Assembly: GCA_944326655.1 (NCBI GenBank)
Contig: CALVEX010000159.1
Span: forward strand, 1 to 23,413
DNA: 23,413 nt
Direction of reading: 5' to 3'
DNA from: Candidatus Gastranaerophilales bacterium
GTDB lineage: Bacteria; Cyanobacteriota; Vampirovibrionia; Gastranaerophilales; Gastranaerophilaceae
Part shown: piece by piece, positions 1 through 8,249 of the stretch
Position numbering within the stretch: position 1 is the stretch's first letter
How the letters are laid out: each line of letters starts with the position of its first letter
Made by a program: the position numbers and the translations under genes
The notes under the pieces: model-generated
Seen by the model: the letters and a program-made list of their open reading frames with translations, nothing else
The model's database searches: none
Told to the model about the DNA's origin: nothing

Positions 1-112
1 TTGAAGGCGGCAACCGAAGATTCGTTTAATGCCGGCGAGCAAGACTGTCCAACCTTGGGAGTTTTTTATTTTAACACAATCAGAATCACAAGAGAAAGCC
101 TTGTTTTATTAT

Positions 113-3100
113 TTATTTTAACTGATATAAAGTACATGTCTTTGTAAATTTATCTTTATTTGTCCAGCCGCCGTACAGATCCATATAAATTTCATCACAA
201 TCTATATCGCCGAGAAAAGAAACTTGTCTTATTTCTTGTTGTAAATCAGAAATTGGAACATCATTATAAGACCCGCTCATATAAACCGGAGTATTTTCAA
301 CACCGGTAATTTCTTGAGAAACTTTTGCCGCATAATCAGCCATCGCAGATCTAACCTGTACTCCTGTCGCATTTGAAGGTTTATATTTGTTATTAATTTC
401 TATATTATCAATTATAAAAGCAGGTTTTCCATTGTCATCTTTGATAAAATAACACAGAGCATTTCCTATAGTTTTGCCGGAAGTATTATCAACAAGCTCT
501 ATCATATTATAGGCAGTATCCATCACAAAGTGAGGCATTGCAGATCCATTTCCGCCTCCCATACCTATACAACAGGTCGAGTAATTTCCCTGGAAAATAT
601 CTTTTTGCGGATTTCTGTCCCACATTTTTATTGTCAAATCAAGTTTTCTTTCGGATTTTCCTTCTTGTACTGACGAAATATCATCTAATCTTTGATTAAG
701 ATGCTCTAAAATAGTAAGTGTATTTCGAGGTGTCTGGGCTCTTTTAGGATCGGGATTTGCGGCATTTCCCTGTGCGCGTTTCCATACCTGAGCAAGCTGT
801 CCCTGTTCAGAAGTATCTGATAACATTTCAATAAGTTCTTTTAATTTATTTTTATTAGATAAATATTCTTTAGGTATAATAAACTCATCTCCTTTAATGA
901 ATTTAGGAAATTGTTTTTTCAAAAATCCTTTAACAGGAGTTTGCATTAACATATTTATATCTTCCGATACCTGAGCTGCTATTTGTTCTATATGTTCCGC
1001 ATTTTTATCTTTTGATACAAAATGAATTTCATGTTCTTTTGAGGGGTGTAACCATTTTTCATAATTTAAACCTGATGTCTCAAACATATTACGTGTGTTT
1101 TCATTTGCTATGCCATATATATTAGATGTATTGTGGATAAATTGATTAAAATCAGGTTCTAAAGAACCGGCTTTCATGATATCATTGAAAGATAAATCAT
1201 TGCCTGAATTTATTTCTTTTGAAAGCAAATGAATATAATTCATATCCCAAGACAATAATTTATCTTTGGGAATAGATGCGATTTGAGTATCAGTCAAACC
1301 TGAATTTTTCATTATTTGTTGGCATAAATCTGCATTCAACTGCCCTACATCAACTTTTCCCTGATCTATCATAGATTGTATGCCATCAAATGACATATTG
1401 TTTGCTTTATATGCAGTGATTAAATCTATAAATTCAATTTTTTGTGTAGGCATAAACGGTTTGTTGTCTGTATTGCAGGATTCCGACAGATTTTTTAACA
1501 AAGACATTTCATCCGGGGAAAAATCGCGTAAAATATCTATATACTCATCTGCATCATCAAATCTCATTCTCAATAAATGATTTACTGCTTCTTTGTCAAA
1601 AATTTCAGAAGCTGCCATTAAACAGCAATAATTACTATCAACAAATTCTTCTACTTCATCTCTTGCAAGTTCCGGGGTTTCAAATTCGCCATTGACATAC
1701 CATTCAGGATTTTTTAGCATTTTTTGTTTTAGAGCCTTTACCTTTGAATCCAGTTCTACTAAATCCTTATTTTTTAGCATTTTTAAAACATTATCATTAC
1801 GCGTCCAACAAATATCATCAATAAGAGGTTGAATACGCTCATTCGGGAAATCTGGATTGCGGCATAATTCTCTTACAATGTCTATAATATCCTTGCCTTT
1901 ATTTATGTGGCGCAATATACCTTCTATGTGTTCTTTCGGGAAATCTGGATTGTTGCACAATTCTCTTGCTAACTCTATATTGTCTTTATTTGTGCAACCC
2001 AATAATATACCTTCTATGTGTTCATTCGGGAAATCTGGATTGTTGCATAATTCTCTTGCAAGATTTATATTGTCTTTATTTGTGTAAGCCAATATACCTC
2101 TTATTTGCTTTTTCGGGAAATCTGGATTGTTGCACAATTCTCTTGCAAGGTCAATAATATCCTTGTCTTCATATATGTCGAACATTATACCTTTTATGTC
2201 CTCTTTCGGGAAGTCAGGATTGTTACACATTTTTCTTGCAATGTCTATATTATCTTTATCTGTGAATAACAATATACCACGTATGCGCTCTTTCGAGAAA
2301 TCGCCATTGTACATATCTTTTACAAGATCACGACGCTGATATGCATAATCCATATTATTTTTATCTGAGTAGAATAATATATCGCGCATGTATTCATTTG
2401 GAAAATCCGGATCATTGTATAATTCTCTTGCAAACTCTATGTTATCTTTATTTATGCAACCCAATATATCTTTTATTTGCTTTTTCGGAAAATCCGGATT
2501 GTTACACATTTTTCTTGCAATGTCTATAACATCCTTATCTCTACCTGCTAATAACAATATATCTTTTATTTGCTTTTTCGGGAAATCTGGATTGTTACAC
2601 ATTTCTCTTGCAAACTCTATATTATCCTTATGTGTGTAACCCAATATACCTTTTATGTGTTCATTCGGGAAATCTGGATTGTTACAAATTTCTCTTGCAA
2701 ACTCTATGTTATCCTTATGTGTGCAACCCAATATACCTTTTATGTGTTCTTTCGGGAAATCTGGATTGTTGCACAATTCTCTTGCAAGATCTATATTACC
2801 CTTATTTGTGAAGTCCAAAATATTATTAGCATACTCTCCGCCAATTCCTCTAGCCTTAAGTGTTTCAGCAAGCTCATCTTTCATCTTTGCAAATGTTTCA
2901 TCGTCTATCTCGATTTTTGCTGTTTCCGGTGCAGAAAGCTGTGCATGCTCGGGCACGTCTAATTCTTTGCCCTGCCGCGTAATAGGTGTCCCTTCATTCA
3001 TATCCGTTTTTATTTGTTCTCGTATAACTTCCTGTGTTTCCTGAGTTCTTCCCTGTGAAGCACCTGAAGATGTTTCCAATGATTGTTGCACTCTATGATT

Positions 3101-4978
3101 TTCTTCCGATTGTTTAGCAAAGATATTTGCCTGCGCTTGCTGAGGCGTTTCAGGATGGAAGGTCAGAGCTTCGGGAGCTCCTTCCACTTTGTAGCCCTTT
3201 GTTCCAAGTAACAATACGCTCAGTGCAAGTTCATTATCATTCTTTGCTGTTACTATTACTTCTCCGTTTCTAGTTAAGGTATAGGTCCCGTTTTCTTGTT
3301 TTTCTACATTTACGTTATTTAGTTTTGCACCCTTATGTATTGCAGAACCTGCAAACATCATTCCGTAGTTCATAAGTCCGTTTTGTGACAGGGATTCTTG
3401 TATTGTCATATCGCTTGTTAATCTGTCGAATATAACATCTGCTGTTGTTTCTGTCCCTGTTCCGATGATTTTGGGGATTATACTTTTAAATATTTGAGGA
3501 TTTTTTGACAGGATTTTTGCTACGCTGTCTCCTACAGGGCCTGAGACATATGCACCGAAGGCTCCGTACATCATGCCGTTTTTCAATTCTTCCCAGGCTT
3601 CTTGACCGGTTTGTTCTGTTATTCCTTTTTTGCTTGTTGCATCGCTTACTATTGTCACTGCAGGGTTAAATGCTGCAGTTGCTGTAGTTGCTATGCCTTT
3701 TACAGCGGCATTACTTACCATGGCACCTGCCTTTGTACCGAATTTTGCACTTGCTAGCTGCATTGCTTTGGAACCCAAGTTTTGCATGGCTGTTGAGCCC
3801 ATGGCAAAGTATGATGCTGCTATTGTTGTACCAATTTCGATTACGGCAGCCTGCGTCTTCATGTTAGAAATATATTCATTAATTATTTCTTCCGAGTTAT
3901 AATTTCCCATTGCCTGCTTGTATGCAGACTTGTATTCTTGCTCCAGTGTATTTTTGTCTAAAGAATGTATCTGAGAGTCATATTCATTTTTAGCATCTGT
4001 GAGGAAGCTTTTTAGTTCCTGAACGAATTTCTTATCATCATTTTGAGCAATACTATTTAATTGGGATACGTATTGTTGAGCAAGCTCTCTGTTGTTTCCG
4101 ACATGGGGTAAGATGTGGAGCATTGCTGCTTTTCTGACATTAACGGGGGCTGCATTATCTATGTTCGATAGAGTATTTGAAATATTATCTGATAGGTTTT
4201 GATATGCGTTTAGAGTTTGGAGGTTTGTATCTGCTTTCTGAAGATTTTGAAATGCCTGTTCATTATAATCTATACCATAGAGTTCTTTGAAATTTTTATT
4301 AAATTCTTCTGGATTGTTTGTCGTATTCTTAAGTCTGATAATCCCGCCTATTTCATTGCTGATTGCCTCTCCATTTTCCCAGACTGTAACAAAGTCGTTA
4401 CGGCCTGTTATTTTATCCCAGGTATAGTTGCCTATTGATTGAAGCCCCTGTTGAACGGCATCAAATGAAACTTTACCTATGCCGTTGTAGTAGTTTGTAA
4501 GGTTATCTCCGGCATTCCCTGCTTGTTGGAATAATTTATCAGCAGCGAAAGCTCTTGTTTGTTGGGATTGTTGTTCTAATAATTGTTCCTGGGAGAGATT
4601 TTGTTTTTGTTCAGTTTTTGAAGCGGAAATGGGAGATGGCTGTTGTTGAGTTTGATGATTATTTTGTTCTAGTGTGAGAGTAATATCATCCAGATATGTG
4701 CCGTTGTCATAAGTATCATATTTCCCAAAACTGAATCCATTGCCAAAGATAGAAGTAGAATTGAATCTGGAGTTGTATGAGTCCTGCCCTTCTTTTGTGC
4801 CAAAAGCCCATTCTTCGAATTCATCGCGGGACAGAATTCCGTTTGCAAGCATTTGTGCGGCAACATCATATTTTGACATATCTTTTTTTGATATATATTC
4901 ATTGCTTCTGAGTTGATCCAGGTGTGCCATAGCATAATCATCAATTTTTTTAGATATTGAATCGTTTGTTCCTGACAT
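113..4978 (-). CDS. Giant (1621 aa) multi-domain protein. The N-terminal region is Q/N-rich and polar. A Gly/Ala-rich hydrophobic segment follows (aa ~380-520). The central part has about 11-12 tandem 30-aa repeats (NIEFARELCNNPDFPKEHIKGILGCTHKD). The C-terminal ~250 aa domain is Cys-containing (QGNYSTCCIGMGGGNGSAMPHF...). No signal peptide. Candidate secreted effector, toxin or adhesin-like protein.
   Basis: Single uninterrupted 4866-nt ORF on the minus strand. ATG at 4978 is preceded by GAAGGAAG, with in-frame stops upstream. Plus-strand ORFs inside it are short, repeat-derived artefacts. Repeat periodicity is visible at both protein and nucleotide level. Confidence 0.8.
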   Translation of the reverse strand: MSGTNDSISKKIDDYAMAHLDQLRSNEYISKKDMSKYDVAAQMLANGILSRDEFEEWAFGTKEGQDSYNSRFNSTSIFGNGFSFGKYDTYDNGTYLDDITLTLEQNNHQTQQQPSPISASKTEQKQNLSQEQLLEQQSQQTRAFAADKLFQQAGNAGDNLTNYYNGIGKVSFDAVQQGLQSIGNYTWDKITGRNDFVTVWENGEAISNEIGGIIRLKNTTNNPEEFNKNFKELYGIDYNEQAFQNLQKADTNLQTLNAYQNLSDNISNTLSNIDNAAPVNVRKAAMLHILPHVGNNRELAQQYVSQLNSIAQNDDKKFVQELKSFLTDAKNEYDSQIHSLDKNTLEQEYKSAYKQAMGNYNSEEIINEYISNMKTQAAVIEIGTTIAASYFAMGSTAMQNLGSKAMQLASAKFGTKAGAMVSNAAVKGIATTATAAFNPAVTIVSDATSKKGITEQTGQEAWEELKNGMMYGAFGAYVSGPVGDSVAKILSKNPQIFKSIIPKIIGTGTETTADVIFDRLTSDMTIQESLSQNGLMNYGMMFAGSAIHKGAKLNNVNVEKQENGTYTLTRNGEVIVTAKNDNELALSVLLLGTKGYKVEGAPEALTFHPETPQQAQANIFAKQSEENHRVQQSLETSSGASQGRTQETQEVIREQIKTDMNEGTPITRQGKELDVPEHAQLSAPETAKIEIDDETFAKMKDELAETLKARGIGGEYANNILDFTNKGNIDLARELCNNPDFPKEHIKGILGCTHKDNIEFAREICNNPDFPNEHIKGILGYTHKDNIEFAREMCNNPDFPKKQIKDILLLAGRDKDVIDIARKMCNNPDFPKKQIKDILGCINKDNIEFARELYNDPDFPNEYMRDILFYSDKNNMDYAYQRRDLVKDMYNGDFSKERIRGILLFTDKDNIDIARKMCNNPDFPKEDIKGIMFDIYEDKDIIDLARELCNNPDFPKKQIRGILAYTNKDNINLARELCNNPDFPNEHIEGILLGCTNKDNIELARELCNNPDFPKEHIEGILRHINKGKDIIDIVRELCRNPDFPNERIQPLIDDICWTRNDNVLKMLKNKDLVELDSKVKALKQKMLKNPEWYVNGEFETPELARDEVEEFVDSNYCCLMAASEIFDKEAVNHLLRMRFDDADEYIDILRDFSPDEMSLLKNLSESCNTDNKPFMPTQKIEFIDLITAYKANNMSFDGIQSMIDQGKVDVGQLNADLCQQIMKNSGLTDTQIASIPKDKLLSWDMNYIHLLSKEINSGNDLSFNDIMKAGSLEPDFNQFIHNTSNIYGIANENTRNMFETSGLNYEKWLHPSKEHEIHFVSKDKNAEHIEQIAAQVSEDINMLMQTPVKGFLKKQFPKFIKGDEFIIPKEYLSNKNKLKELIEMLSDTSEQGQLAQVWKRAQGNAANPDPKRAQTPRNTLTILEHLNQRLDDISSVQEGKSERKLDLTIKMWDRNPQKDIFQGNYSTCCIGMGGGNGSAMPHFVMDTAYNMIELVDNTSGKTIGNALCYFIKDDNGKPAFIIDNIEINNKYKPSNATGVQVRSAMADYAAKVSQEITGVENTPVYMSGSYNDVPISDLQQEIRQVSFLGDIDCDEIYMDLYGGWTNKDKFTKTCTLYQLK
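1840..2840 (-). repeat. Tandem ~90-bp (30-codon) repeat array inside the giant CDS, about 11-12 units with high unit-to-unit nucleotide identity.
   Basis: The string ttcgggaaatctggattgtt[g/a]cacaattctcttgcaa recurs at ~1843, 1936, 2026, 2113, 2206, 2293, 2400, 2485, 2576, 2666 and 2753 (period 87-93 bp). The translated unit is ...ARELCNNPDFPKEHIKGILGCTHKDNIEF... Confidence 0.85.
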
Positions 4979-5222
4979 TCGATACTTCCTTCTACTTTTT
5001 TGTGTAAGACTTAGAATGTTTGCAATAAATTTATCGGCACTTTTTCTTTGTTCTTTAACTCCTCGACTCTCCTAATGTAATGCTATCAGCCGGAATGACT
5101 GTCTATTTGCTATTTTTACGTGTTTGTATAAATTTCGTTATACTTCTTTAGATTTGTAATTTTATTTATAATCCAAGCAATGTGTTGAACATTTATAATT
5201 CATAGTGATAGTAGTTTATTGA

Positions 5223-5233
5223 GGGGGGGGGGG
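5223..5233. repeat. Homopolymeric G11 tract (C11 on the sense strand of the giant gene), ~245 nt upstream of its ATG. Candidate slipped-strand phase-variation tract.
   Basis: Printed sequence ttgag + 11 g + atttc. The sense-strand context AAGAGGA..TTTTGTT..ATGG..(23 nt)..C11 resembles the uORF/poly-C module of the pilin cassettes (AAGAGGAG TTTTGTT ATGG ..28 nt.. C10). Confidence 0.6.
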
Positions 5234-5331
5234 ATTTCTACAATTATTTATTCCATCGAAAACAAAAATTTCCTCTTACAGGTGATTAAGTATCGTTTGT
5301 TCAGAAGTTTTCAATGCGAGGGCAAAAGCTA

Positions 5332-5760
5332 TTAATTTTCTTGGTTCTGTTCATTCTGTTGTTCAATAAGTTGTTTTTCATATTCCATGCGGGCTTTAAC
5401 TTTTATTTCATGCTTTTCTCCGTGGTGGGGTTCTTCACGCTTGTAACGTTGATCTACCCACCATTTTGCCATATGGTACACAACTCCTTTTTTTACAGGT
5501 TTGGGCTCTGAATATTCGGAAGTTTCCGGGTTAATTTTTTTTGGCCTGCGTTTTATCTTTGTTTTTAGAGGTTTGTCCAAATCATCTATTTTTAATTTCG
5601 GAGACGGGGCAATATCCATATAATCATTTAAATCAGCTTCATTCACCGCATAACTTTCAGGACTTACATAGCCCTCTTCTGCGTATGCACAAGGGATAAG
5701 AATAGAAAGAACCGACATCAGTATTAATATTTTTAAATCTTTTTTACATATAACTACCAT
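5332..5760 (-). CDS. Small secreted lysine-rich hypothetical protein (142 aa) with an N-terminal signal peptide (MVVICKKDLKILILMSVLSILIPCAYA/EEG).
   Basis: ORF with a positive n-region, hydrophobic h-region and AYA-E cleavage motif. K/E/P-rich mature part. No obvious SD, so the start is uncertain (an alternative Met lies 14 codons in). Confidence 0.45.
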   Translation of the reverse strand: MVVICKKDLKILILMSVLSILIPCAYAEEGYVSPESYAVNEADLNDYMDIAPSPKLKIDDLDKPLKTKIKRRPKKINPETSEYSEPKPVKKGVVYHMAKWWVDQRYKREEPHHGEKHEIKVKARMEYEKQLIEQQNEQNQEN

Positions 5761-5857
5761 AATTCTATTTTACACAAAAAATCTGCGGAAACAAAATTGA
5801 TAAAGCTGCGTCAAAAATATTAAATGTGTGACAATTTTTAGAAGATGAGGGATGTAA

Positions 5858-6823
5858 ATGGCTGTAATTAAGTATGAGGAAGATTTATATAAAGATTTTC
5901 AATCGGGTGTAAAAGAAGAAGAGCTTGAATTTATTGATATTGACGATGAAGAAGATGAACCTAAGACATTTAATTCAATATCGAATGATGATGATATTCT
6001 GCAAATGTATTTGAAAGATATCGGTAAGGTTAAACTTTTAAATTCTAAAGAAGAAAAAGCTCTGGGCAAACAAATTAAAGAGGGGAAAAAATCTCAGGCT
6101 GAAATTGCTAAAAGAAAGCTTGTACAAGCAAACCTGAGGCTTGTGGTAAGTATCGCGAAAAAATACATAGGCCAGGGTGTTCTTTTTATGGATCTTGTAC
6201 AGGAAGGGTCTTTAGGGTTGATTAAGGCTGCGGAAAAATTCGATTATTCAAAGAATTTCAAATTTTCAACTTATGCAACCTGGTGGATAAAACAGACAAT
6301 AATCAGGGCAATTTCAAATAATTCCCGAACAATCCGTATTCCTGTTCACATGACTGATAAAATAAGAAAATATAAAAAAACATACACAACTTTATCATTT
6401 GAACTCGGTCGTGAGCCATCTGATTTAGAGATTGCTGAACGTTTAGGGATTACTCTGAAACAGCTTTTGACAATAAAAAAATCGATTATTAAAGAGCCGA
6501 TAAGCTTGGAAACTCCGGTTACAGATGATTTGAATATAGGAGATTATATAGAAGACAAATCATACAGGTCTCCTGAAATCCAAACAAAAAATAATGTATT
6601 GAAAGGCAGTATTGAAAACCTTTTGTCAACTCTTCCCGAGCGGGAGAAGAAAATAATAAGCTGCCGTTTCGGAATAAACGGAGAAGTTCCGAAAACACTT
6701 GAACAATTGGGTGAAATAATGGGTTATTCAAAAGAGAGGATAAGGCAGTTAGAGGATTCCGCATTATCAAAAATCAGAGAGCGTAAGGAATTACAACATT
6801 TCAGGGATTTTATAGAGGATTGA
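5858..6823 (+). CDS. rpoD: RNA polymerase sigma-70 family factor (RpoD/SigA-like, 321 aa) with regions 1.2, 2.1-2.4, 3 and 4 recognisable.
   Basis: Region 2 signature [41 protein letters not shown]. Region 4 helix-turn-helix [27 protein letters not shown]. Start ATG preceded by GAGGGATG. Hairpin terminator follows. Confidence 0.9.
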   Translation: MAVIKYEEDLYKDFQSGVKEEELEFIDIDDEEDEPKTFNSISNDDDILQMYLKDIGKVKLLNSKEEKALGKQIKEGKKSQAEIAKRKLVQANLRLVVSIAKKYIGQGVLFMDLVQEGSLGLIKAAEKFDYSKNFKFSTYATWWIKQTIIRAISNNSRTIRIPVHMTDKIRKYKKTYTTLSFELGREPSDLEIAERLGITLKQLLTIKKSIIKEPISLETPVTDDLNIGDYIEDKSYRSPEIQTKNNVLKGSIENLLSTLPEREKKIISCRFGINGEVPKTLEQLGEIMGYSKERIRQLEDSALSKIRERKELQHFRDFIED

Positions 6824-6829
6824 TTGTAT

Positions 6830-6858
6830 GTGAAGGATGCTTTTGCATCCTTTTTATT
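6830..6858 (+). terminator. Rho-independent terminator of the sigma-factor gene (GGATGC-TTTT-GCATCC followed by a T run).
   Basis: Perfect 6-bp stem followed by TTTTTATTTTATT immediately after the stop codon. Confidence 0.6.
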
Positions 6859-6895
6859 TTATTCAATAAGTATTATCGAAAGTTGTAAATAGGCA

Positions 6896-6930
6896 AAAAG
6901 ACAGAGCATTATAACTCTGTCTTTTAAATC
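6896..6930 (-). terminator. Rho-independent terminator for the minus-strand SPFH/recN operon (GACAGAG-loop-CTCTGTC, T-run on the minus strand).
   Basis: Sequence aaaagacagagcattataactctgtcttttaaa lies 15-50 nt downstream of the stop of the 6947..8233 CDS. Confidence 0.5.
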
Positions 6931-6946
6931 TGTTTTTATAAATATA

Positions 6947-8233
6947 TTATACTAAGTTATTCTTTATAACCGGCTGTGCTTCTTTGTTTGCGCAGAGTAT
7001 AACCAGAAGGTTATTGACCATTTTTGCTTTCTCAAGTTCATCAAGTTGTACAATATTATTTTTGCTGAGTCTGTTAAGCGCCATTTCAACCATTCCTACG
7101 GCACCTTCAACGATTGTATTTTTTGCATCAACAACAGCAGCGGCCTGTTGCCTTTGAAGCATTGCTGCTGCAATTTCAGGTGCATAGGCAAGGTGGGTAA
7201 TTTTTGCATCAACAACATTTATCCCTGCAACTTTTACATTTCGTTGAATTTCCGCTTTTAGTTTAGTTGAAATTTCGGCGCTGTCCCCTCTTAATGATTG
7301 GATATTAGTGTTTTCTGGTGCATCATAAGGATACATTCTGACAATTGTTCTTAAAGCTGAATCACTTTGTGCCGAAATAAATGTTTTGTAATCATTTACG
7401 TTGAATATTGCCTTTGCAGTATCCTGAACTTCCCATATTACAATAATTCCTACTTCTATTGGGTTTCCGAGTTCATCGTTAATTTTTTGTTTACCGTTAT
7501 CTAGAGTCATTGCTTTCAGTGAAATCGGTACAAATGGGGTAACACTTTGTGCAAGCGGGTTTACATAATGAAAACCTGCTCCTCGCAGCGTTCCGATATA
7601 TTTTCCGAAAACTGTCAAAACCAGCGCTTCTTGAGGTTTAAGGATTTTAAATCCCATACCGGTTATAACAAACAATATGACTAAAAGAGGTAAAAGCCAC
7701 ATCGCACTGCCTACAACAGCTATTATATATACAAAAAAGGCTATAAAAAGCATCATAAACAATACGAGAAAGCCCGGAAGTGATGCTGCACGCTTTTCTT
7801 TTTCTTTGCTCTGGATTTCAATTTCAGGGTATTCAATTTCAGGTTCTTGTTTCCCTTTGCAGTATCTTGTTATGAAAATTAAATTGTCCATAAGAGGGGG
7901 AGTTTTTTGCATAAAAAGCCCGAAAAATTTTGATAATTCCCCGTTATCAAACAATATACTGTTGCAGTCTCTGCATTTATCCACAATAATCCCGTTAAAA
8001 TAAACTTTTTCCATAGGTTTTGCGCAGGCTGGACAGGGTCTTGCTGCTTCTTTTACTTTTACTGCCTGCATATCTACAGGATTGATAATCTGTGTTTTTA
8101 AAGCCAGCATTTCTCCAAGTTTTTGTAGTGTTGGAAAAGACAGCCATGCTGCTTTACAATTTTTGCAGTATTGAAATTTAATACCATTGTGTTCAATTAC
8201 ATCAAATTCTGCGCCGCATTTCGTACAATTCAT
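6947..8233 (-). CDS. SPFH/band-7 (stomatin/prohibitin/flotillin-like) membrane protein with two N-terminal CxxC...CxxC zinc-ribbon modules and a triple-TM segment (428 aa from the RBS-supported ATG).
   Basis: The C-terminal 250 aa match the SPFH fold (LVLTVFGKYIGTLRGAGFHYVNP...EIAAAMLQRQQAAAVVDA). N-terminus is MNCTKCGAEF...YCKNCKAAW and CPACAKPM...CRDCNSILFDNGEL. The ATG at 8233 is preceded by AGGAGGGAACAA. The longer track ORF (to 8311) would overlap recN. Confidence 0.85.
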   Translation of the reverse strand: MNCTKCGAEFDVIEHNGIKFQYCKNCKAAWLSFPTLQKLGEMLALKTQIINPVDMQAVKVKEAARPCPACAKPMEKVYFNGIIVDKCRDCNSILFDNGELSKFFGLFMQKTPPLMDNLIFITRYCKGKQEPEIEYPEIEIQSKEKEKRAASLPGFLVLFMMLFIAFFVYIIAVVGSAMWLLPLLVILFVITGMGFKILKPQEALVLTVFGKYIGTLRGAGFHYVNPLAQSVTPFVPISLKAMTLDNGKQKINDELGNPIEVGIIVIWEVQDTAKAIFNVNDYKTFISAQSDSALRTIVRMYPYDAPENTNIQSLRGDSAEISTKLKAEIQRNVKVAGINVVDAKITHLAYAPEIAAAMLQRQQAAAVVDAKNTIVEGAVGMVEMALNRLSKNNIVQLDELEKAKMVNNLLVILCANKEAQPVIKNNLV

Positions 8234-8249
8234 TTGTTCCCTCCTATTC

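Noticed and set aside
1-112. Terminator or other element downstream of the giant gene at the window start.
   Set aside because: Only weak, imperfect stems (ccaaccttgg). Cannot be supported from sequence alone.
1380-3044. Multiple 60-130-aa plus-strand ORFs inside the giant gene (1380..1580, 1857..2087, 2388..2639, 2570..2962, 2655..3044 and others).
   Set aside because: They are antisense to a strongly supported 1621-aa CDS. Their similarity to one another simply reflects the 90-bp tandem repeat. No RBS is present.
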